5,102 bases of DNA. It comes from Octopus sinensis. Taxonomy: Eukaryota. The notes under the pieces were generated by a model. That model saw nothing but the letters and a program-made list of their open reading frames with translations. It had not been told where the DNA came from and ran no database searches. The stretch is from positions 1-5,102 of the forward strand of contig NW_021830388.1 in the NCBI RefSeq assembly GCF_006345805.1, in the 5' to 3' direction. Position 1 is the stretch's first letter; every line of letters begins with the position of its first letter. The position numbers were made by a program, and so were the translations under genes. Of this stretch, positions 1 through 5,102 are shown piece by piece.

Positions 1-243
1 TCAATTATAACTTTGATTCGGTCATCATCAACTTTAGTAGATCGAGCACAAGGTTGGTCATCTTTCATTGAAAAGATCTCCGGAACGGAATTTTTAAAAC
101 AGTTTCTGACCTGTGCGTTCTGTTAAGCAATCAACCACCACAAACTTCATATAATCTCTTTGTGAGCCGCAGCAACTTTCTTGCCTTTACGGAAACAAAA
201 AGAAAAGCAAAATAAGACGAAAAGGTTTGTTTTTTCACTCCAC
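1..243 (-). pseudogene. Mariner transposase pseudogene, N-terminal DNA-binding region (about 80 codons visible)
   Basis: Joining frames reads (GTG)E.KNKPFRLILLF/FRKGKKVAAAHKEI/YEVCG/DCLTERTGQKLF*KFRSGDL/MKDDQPCARSTKVDDDRIKVII. This parallels mariner HFRHILLFYFRKGKNASQAHKKL...ERQCQNWFAKFRSGDFSLKD..SGRP.EVDDDLIKAII. The start position is GTG (243-241), with several frameshifts and an in-frame TAA. Confidence 0.85.
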
Positions 244-397
244 GTTAAAATTGACACTGAACTATCAGCTGTATGGACATTTACGCGCAATATGCTTCTA
301 AACTAAGCTAAAAGTAACGGCTATCAAATGTCAACAGGAAAAAGTCATGAAACTCACAGACGTCATACAAAATATCGTAACTCTCTCTATTTGCGAA

Positions 398-425
398 GAA
401 CGAAATAATTTCCTTGCTAACTCTA
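398..425 (-). repeat. Putative 5' terminal inverted repeat of the mariner element
   Basis: Resembles recalled mellifera-type TIRs (TTGGGTTGGCAACTAAGTAATTGCGG) and lies about 180 bp upstream of the degenerate start. The partner TIR is outside the window, so it cannot be confirmed. Confidence 0.55.
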
Positions 426-426
426 C

Positions 427-479
<53 letters not shown>

Positions 480-495
480 AATATATATATATATA

Positions 496-559
<64 letters not shown>
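427..559. repeat. Compound microsatellite (CTGT)n-(CT)n-(TA)n
   Basis: Directly visible. Confidence 0.98.
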
Positions 560-563
<4 letters not shown>

Positions 564-819
564 CTTATGGCAACCGTCGAAGGATAAAGTATCAATGAGC
601 ACTACTAGTGTATTACCTCACTATGTATAGGCTTCGCTATAAGGTTAATTGTAGTTGATAATTTAAATGGTCAGTCGTGGTTTAATGTTCAGATAAGAAA
701 CGAAATGGAGCAACGATTAGCAATTAGAATTTGATCATTGGTAGTAAATGGTCGTAGTTTAATTGTAGTTAAAATAACATTTACAGCTGTTTCAGTTTGT
801 TACTTTTGAGGTAAATTTG

Positions 820-857
820 CATTTATCTCGTTCCATGTAACAAACATCGTCAGAATG
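820..857 (-). ncRNA. Degenerate type I hammerhead-ribozyme-like motif, 3' of the Penelope-like ORF
   Basis: Minus strand reads CATT-CTGACGA-TGT-TTGTT-ACA-T-GGAA-CGAGAT-A-AATG. Stem I is CATT/AATG (4 bp) and stem II is TGT/ACA. GAAA is replaced by GGAA and stem III is weak. Confidence 0.45.
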
Positions 858-1037
858 ATTTAGAGTTTATCAGAGGAATATTGACAAGAGAAAAAAAGGA
901 AAAGGAAAAAAGGAAAAAAAGTTTGTTAAGTCATTAGGCTTACATTTCTGTGTCCATTAAAGGTTGCACATGTGTGTACATTTCTTCAATTAGATGAATG
1001 TTTTTTTAACTACAAAAGGAAAGCAGCAGGTGGAAGA

Positions 1038-1773
1038 TGTTACTGGAAGATTGGTTTCTATGGTTATGCTAAAATCGAAAGTTTTCATCATTTGGATAAT
1101 GTCCTTCCCAAACTGATATTGCGCTGATCCATTGGTGTTTGTGGTTATAGCCAGAGCATCATCTTTGTAAATGGCGAAACATACACCAGGGAAAGTCTTT
1201 CCCAACGTATCGAGTAGGAATAGTCCAATGAGATCGCATATGCTTGCTCCATCATATGATCCCATGCTCACATCGAAATCACCCTCTGTATCGGTTGTGT
1301 TAACCCACTCTACCTTCTCACCGAAGAGAAAGTCTTTCTAGCATGGAAGATTATTTCCTTATGTACTAATTTCTATAAATTCGCTTGCGAAGGTGAGTGT
1401 TTTATCGAGTGGTTCCTTAGAGATAGAAGCATAGAAATCTAGAGTATCAAATTGTGTAAATCTCGCCTCATTGACTCTTTTAAAACACTTTTATGTATTT
1501 GATGTCATTTTTCAGTTTCTGTTGGAAAGTGTTACAAGACTTACGAAGGTCCGTTTCGAAGACTTCTAAGTCCTTGAATTTAGGAGGGAATTTCTTTGAT
1601 TTAATTCCTTAAAATATGTTCTCTGTAGTAGCCTCTTCCATGTAGCAAAAGAAGGCTTTCCACCTCATACGCTTAATAAGGTCTGTAATTTTCTCCAAAA
1701 GTTTCTTAGAGTATAGCTCCCTGGATGGTCTAGAGATGATTTTAATAGAATAATCGATATTGTAGGCGTCCAT
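1038..1773 (-). pseudogene. Penelope-like element ORF pseudogene: N-terminal domain joined by an internal deletion to the reverse transcriptase core
   Basis: ATG at 1773-1771, with an in-frame stop upstream, begins MDAYNIDYSIKIISRPSRELYSKKLLEKITDLIKRMRWKAFFCYMEEATTENIF*GIKSKKFPPKFKDLEVFETDLRKSCNTFQQKLKNDIKYIK (TAA at 1611-1609). A frame jump near 1487 leads to FKRVNEARFTQFDTLDFYASISKEPLDKTLTFASEFIEIST/KEIIFHARKT/LFGEKVEWVNTTDTEGDFDVSMGSYDGASICDLIGLFLL...IYKDDAL...ITIETNLPVT. Catalytic Asp positions are QFD (Asp at 1448-1446) and YKDD (1169-1158). Frameshifts lie near 1361 and 1330. The track ORF 990..1271 is part of this, and its first codon is GTG (Val in FDVSMG). Confidence 0.9.
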
Positions 1774-1889
1774 ATTAAATTCTTCTGCGGGGCTGTGTCC
1801 TCCTTAACTGATTTTAGACAATTTTTCAAAACAAGCTGTATAAGCTTCTACAGAAAAAAAGCTGCGGTATACCAGAGGTAACTTATTGG

Positions 1890-1890
<1 letters not shown>

Positions 1891-1961
<71 letters not shown>
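1891..1961. repeat. (TAA)n microsatellite
   Basis: Directly visible. Confidence 0.98.
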
Positions 1962-2394
1962 TCTGCTCAATACCACAGATTTGCTTGTCAGTTGTTTGAC
2001 CTTAACCAGTTGGAGCATGTCCCTTAGTGGCTGACGATATGTACTCTCTGATCACGAGCAGAAGTAGTGGGGGCATCATAGCCATGTGTTGAGAGGGATT
2101 CTTTGGGGTTTGAATAGTTCACCTCTGGAAACATGGGTGTTCTTTCAACATCCTTAAACAACCCTTATTCAGGACCGTTTGAGCAGGATGGGCTACTCAA
2201 AATGAAGAAAATTCTAACTGGGCCCCACCTGCAAGGTCATGTGCTGTTATCTTGATATGAGATACCATGTCGCGCACATATGGTTGTGATGCATGTGCCT
2301 GGTGTACCTTTATCAGACGGGTAGTCATGATGGGTAATTGGGCTCGTATATTTTACCCCAGTGTCACTTTGATGGCATGAACTGCTCTCCACTC
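1961..2394 (+). mobile_element. Non-coding interspersed repeat (SINE-like, non-autonomous) embedded in a (TAA)n tract
   Basis: A block of higher GC and complexity, with no ORF, flanked on both sides by (AAT)n in the same orientation. It closely resembles an abundant octopod repeat I recall. Strand and family are inferred. Confidence 0.6.
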
Positions 2395-2427
2395 AATAAT
2401 AATAATAATAATATAATAATAATAATA

Positions 2428-2461
<34 letters not shown>
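2395..2461. repeat. (AAT)n microsatellite
   Basis: Directly visible. Confidence 0.98.
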
Positions 2462-2462
<1 letters not shown>

Positions 2463-2600
2463 TAAGCCTTGCATTTAGTAGAAAGGGTTATTAGTTATTT
2501 TTATTTTATTTTACTTTTATTATCATTTTCCCTGTTTCAATTCGTGCTCTCTCCAATTCTTCCTCCTTTTCGTAGTTGTCATTTTCGCCATCCTTATGAT

Positions 2601-2620
2601 CACCACCACCACCACCACCA
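2601..2620. repeat. (CAC)n microsatellite with degenerate flanks
   Basis: Directly visible; it produces the poly-His run in the spurious ORF 2469..2741. Confidence 0.95.
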
Positions 2621-2939
2621 TCGCCGCTGCCACTTCACCACGACCAGCAAAACAATCGTATTTATTCGTTTATTCCTATCACAATGTAAAGCTATTGTAA
2701 ACATTCGCTTTTCGAAACGAATATGGAAGTCTTCCAGGTAGAAGTGACAGAGGTGAGCTCACACTTCATAATTTATACTCAGTCAACATACAATATTATT
2801 AATTATGTATATGCCAATATATTATTAATTAAGCTTAAATGAATGCTTTCGCTTCAAACCCTAATTAATGTAATCACGTGATCAGCAAGTAAGCAATTAA
2901 AATTTCAATTACCCCAGAAACATCCCTATCACATCGGTC

Positions 2940-3131
2940 TGTGTGCTTTTGTGTGAAAATGCGTGTGCGTTCGCGCATGCGTGATGTATGTATGTGTGTA
3001 CATGTATGTGTGTACATGTACGTGCATTTGTGTGTACATTGTGTGTACATTTGTGTGCACATAAACATAGATATATACACATATAACATGTATACATATA
3101 TATATATACATACGTATGTATATATATATAT
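2940..3131. repeat. Degenerate (TG)n / (TGTA)n / (TA)n low-complexity tract
   Basis: Directly visible; it produces four overlapping spurious ORFs. Confidence 0.95.
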
Positions 3132-3219
3132 AAATGATGTACTTAAATGTAGTTGTGTTTTTAGCTTCTGCTTTTTCCATGATCACATGTGATTTTTTTT
3201 ATTTATGTTCCCTCGTAAG

Positions 3220-3280
3220 CTCTACTGAAGAAGAATATATCCTTTACAGGGATTAATTCCGAAATTGATTCAATATAGAG
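3220..3280 (+). ncRNA. Type I hammerhead ribozyme motif with intact catalytic core
   Basis: Stem I CTCTA(3220-3224)/TAGAG(3276-3280). Core CTGAAGA(3225-3231). Stem II: A3232.C3260 mismatch, then GAAT/ATTC, a 2x2 loop, and ATCCTT/AGGGAT closing a 3-nt loop. GAA(3261-3263). Stem III ATTG(3264-3267)/CAAT(3271-3274). Cleavage triplet AUA, with the predicted cut between 3275 and 3276. Confidence 0.8.
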
Positions 3281-3413
3281 ATAACGAAATTTAAATTTTC
3301 TAAAGGTTAGTTGCCCGCTTTCAGTTCAATTTTTCTCTGTAACAAGTGGATTATAAGTGGATAAATCAGTGTATTGGCTATAGAATAACCTCTTTAGCCC
3401 TTTTATAAGATGT

Positions 3414-3420
3414 TTATATA

Positions 3421-3459
<39 letters not shown>

Positions 3460-3500
3460 CATATACGTATGTTATATATATTATATTATATATATATATA
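3414..3500. repeat. Interrupted (TA)n microsatellite
   Basis: Directly visible. Confidence 0.97.
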
Positions 3501-3615
3501 GCAATTAAGGACAACTACTTAATAAGGAAAACTTAATAAGAATTGTCAGGTAGATAGCGTAAAAACCTCATAAGAGAAAAAATTTCAAAATAATTATTTC
3601 TTATTGAACATATTA

Positions 3616-3816
3616 ATTTATATATAGAGGGCATTATACATACATGCCAGACGGCATTATACATACATGCCAACGCTAAGAGGGACAATCAGTCATTTCT
3701 ACCAAAAATATTACAGTAATATTTTTGGTAGAAATGACTGATTGTCCCCTCTTAGCGTTTGGCATGTATGTATAATGCCGTCTGGCATGTATGTATAATG
3801 CCCTCTATATATAAAT
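3616..3816. repeat. Near-perfect ~200 bp palindrome (fold-back or MITE-like)
   Basis: Arms are 3616-3714 and 3716-3816 around a single A at 3715. They differ only by two 1-nt homopolymer indels (CCC/CCCC and TT/TTT). The core 3627-3805 is flanked by TA on both sides. Confidence 0.95.
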
Positions 3817-3899
3817 ATATATATATATATATATACATATACGTATGTATATATATATATTTACATACGTATGTGTGTATTTGTGTGTATGTGCGTATA
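3806..3899. repeat. (TA)n / (TG)n microsatellite tract
   Basis: Directly visible. Confidence 0.95.
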
Positions 3900-4162
3900 A
3901 TACTGGATGAGTGTGTAATATATCCATTATAATTAAGAGATCAATTATTAGCATATCATTAAACTCTAATGGCTAAAACCCAAGAACAAAATGTGCAAAA
4001 CTGTAAAATCAGGAAATATTTCAGAAATGGATCATAATTTCGTTCTCTGCAGTTACGTCAAAGGTTAGAATACAAATATTATTATAACCATAGAAACAGC
4101 AATAGAGCTTAATCTACGAATCAGTCACTAATCTTACACAAACACCACCATCTCCATAGATA

Positions 4163-4203
4163 ATATATATATATATATATTAATATATATATATATATAT
4201 ATA
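4163..4203. repeat. (TA)n microsatellite
   Basis: Directly visible. Confidence 0.97.
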
Positions 4204-4307
4204 GTTATCCGTAATAAGAAGGGTGAAATTAATTAATTTGGAATATTATCAATTACACCAAGTAGTCTTCGGCCGTGTAAAAGCCTCATTCGAGGAAAAT
4301 TTAAGTA

Positions 4308-4446
4308 ATACTAAGCAATAAAGGGTTTAGCAACGAATTGCCTTACCCATACCGAATTTGAAAATAGACAGCTATAACCCTTTGACTGCTATTTCTAAAT
4401 TCGGTATGTGGTAAGGCAATCGTTGCAAACCCTTATTGCTTAGTAT
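4308..4446. repeat. Imperfect ~140 bp inverted repeat
   Basis: Arms are 4308-4371 and 4386-4446, with a 14-nt spacer CTATAACCCTTTGA. They differ mainly by single-base indels. The core 4311-4443 is flanked by TA. Confidence 0.92.
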
Positions 4447-4457
4447 ATATATATATA

Positions 4458-4509
<52 letters not shown>
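4444..4509. repeat. (TA)n microsatellite
   Basis: Directly visible. Confidence 0.98.
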
Positions 4510-4511
<2 letters not shown>

Positions 4512-4719
4512 GCGTGTGTATTGTTGGCGATTTGTTTTCCTCTGTCTTCCCTTCCTTGGATATTTCCTTTTTCTATGTTTCTGACGAAGAGCACCGCTCG
4601 GAACGTTTAAATCTTCCTTCTTACTTTTCTTTTCCTCCTGAGCGTCCAATGATACTATACTTGTTCCACGTCCTCGCGTTTTTGTGCTTTTTCTTTGTGT
4701 TTTCATGTTTGGATTAACT
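4510..4719 (+). mobile_element. ~210 bp pyrimidine-rich repeat embedded in (TA)n and carrying a minimal hammerhead motif; probable Penelope-like solo pLTR or 3' end
   Basis: Bounded by (TA)n on both sides and contains the motif at 4577-4612. It resembles an abundant octopod repeat I recall. The PLE origin is inferred. Confidence 0.6.
4577..4612 (+). ncRNA. Minimal type I hammerhead-ribozyme-like motif with a core substitution
   Basis: GTTT(4577-4580), CTGACGA(4581-4587), extra A, GAGC-ACC-GCTC(4589-4599), GGAA in place of GAAA(4600-4603), self-complementary AACGTT(4602-4607), T, AAAT(4609-4612). Confidence 0.65.
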
Positions 4720-4727
4720 TTATATAT

Positions 4728-4760
<33 letters not shown>

Positions 4761-4767
4761 TTATATA

Positions 4768-4814
<47 letters not shown>
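4720..4814. repeat. (TA)n / (TACA)n microsatellite
   Basis: Directly visible. Confidence 0.98.
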
Positions 4815-4815
<1 letters not shown>

Positions 4816-5030
4816 GTACATGTTTTTACACTGCTTTGTACTACATAATACATTGTGTACAATGATAAAGCGGAGAGATATCAGTAAAGTAAACCTCTGT
4901 CTTGCATCTAAAGGTCTGTTCTGAAGAACGTCGATCACCTGCTAGAATTCGCAGCCAAATATCCCTCCATTGGTACGAGGATTGTAGGAATTTACTATCA
5001 CTTTTAAGTGTCACACCTCAAACAACAAAG

Positions 5031-5102
5031 TCGTCATCGTGGCCATCAATATCTACATCACCACCAACACCACCATCATCATCATCATCATCGTCGTTAT
5101 CA
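5031..5102. repeat. Degenerate (CAC)n / (CAT)n / (CGT)n trinucleotide tract
   Basis: Directly visible; continues to the window edge. Confidence 0.93.

Larger units (their letters stand above)
1..425 (-). mobile_element. Decayed mariner (Tc1/mariner, mellifera-subfamily-like) DNA transposon: 5' TIR, 5' UTR and transposase N-terminus; runs off the left edge of the window
   Basis: Manual minus-strand translation gives a mariner transposase HTH region. A TIR-like end, TAGAGTTAGCAAGGAAATTATTTCGTTC (minus strand, 425-398), starts at a TA next to a microsatellite. Subfamily is assigned from recalled similarity to Famar1/Ammar1, not from a search. Confidence 0.85.
560..1890 (-). mobile_element. Decayed, internally deleted Penelope-like retroelement (probably Naiad-type). 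Outer boundaries are inferred from the flanking microsatellites.
   Basis: Contains ORF remnants (1773 to about 945) and a hammerhead-like motif (857-820) on the same strand, and ends in (TA)n. Coding homology is well supported; the outer limits are not. Confidence 0.65.

Noticed and set aside
1488-1520. In-frame TGA in an alternative frame (N*KMTSNT*KCFK) that looked like RT QWKNT or a selenocysteine codon
   Set aside because: The overlapping frame FQQKLKNDIKYIK fits the PLE N-terminal domain much better, and no SECIS evidence is visible.
2031-2037. CTGACGA hammerhead core half-motif
   Set aside because: No stem II followed by GAAA, and no stem I or III pairing.
2469-2741. 90-aa ORF with a poly-His run
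   Set aside because: It has a TTG start, the His run comes from the (CAC)n microsatellite, and no domain is recognisable.
2873-2882. Palindromic E-box ATCACGTGAT amid TAATTA motifs
   Set aside because: Short motifs like these are expected by chance in AT-rich DNA, and there is no gene or conservation evidence.
2874-3192. Four overlapping ORFs rich in Y/I/H/T/C/V/M
   Set aside because: They are translations of TG/TA dinucleotide repeats, which lack stops in several frames.
3326-3514. 62-aa minus-strand ORF
   Set aside because: Mostly (TA)n translated as IY repeats.
3630-3671. Superficial resemblance to loxP (GCATACAT/TATAC words) or to a CRISPR repeat pair
   Set aside because: There are no 13-bp loxP arms, only a 4-nt gap between repeats with no spacers, and the context is eukaryotic.
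4037-4046. ATTTCGTTCT, matching part of the mariner TIR
   Set aside because: Only 10 bp, with no flanking similarity, and its position and orientation do not fit the partner TIR of the element at 1-425.
4436-4745. Two antiparallel ORFs of 93 and 101 aa
   Set aside because: They are built from (TA)n plus a pyrimidine-rich repeat; the hammerhead-bearing repeat explains the segment better.
4921-4927. CTGAAGA hammerhead core half-motif
   Set aside because: No downstream stem II/GAAA arrangement; only a small GTTC/GAAC hairpin.
4900-4970. GATCACCTGCTAGAATTCGCAGCCAAATATCCCTC, reminiscent of an octopod SINE segment
   Set aside because: Too short and degenerate to call without a library search.

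Overview
AT-rich, non-coding animal genomic DNA, dense in (TA)n, (TAA)n, (CAC)n and (TG)n microsatellites. The repeat vocabulary looks like an octopod cephalopod genome (inference from memory; no search was run). No intact protein-coding gene is supported. The window holds: (1) the decayed 5' end of a mariner DNA transposon (1-425, minus strand); (2) a decayed, internally deleted Penelope-like retroelement on the minus strand (about 560-1890), with the N-terminus, the RT core with YKDD and possibly a GIY-YIG tail remnant; (3) a ~430 bp interspersed repeat embedded in (TAA)n; (4) two long fold-back inverted repeats (3616-3816 and 4308-4446); (5) three type I hammerhead-ribozyme-like motifs of different sequence (820-857 minus, 3220-3280 plus, 4577-4612 plus), each in a short module bounded by microsatellites. 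The 3220-3280 motif has an intact catalytic core and all three stems. All listed ORFs except 990..1271 are low-complexity artefacts.
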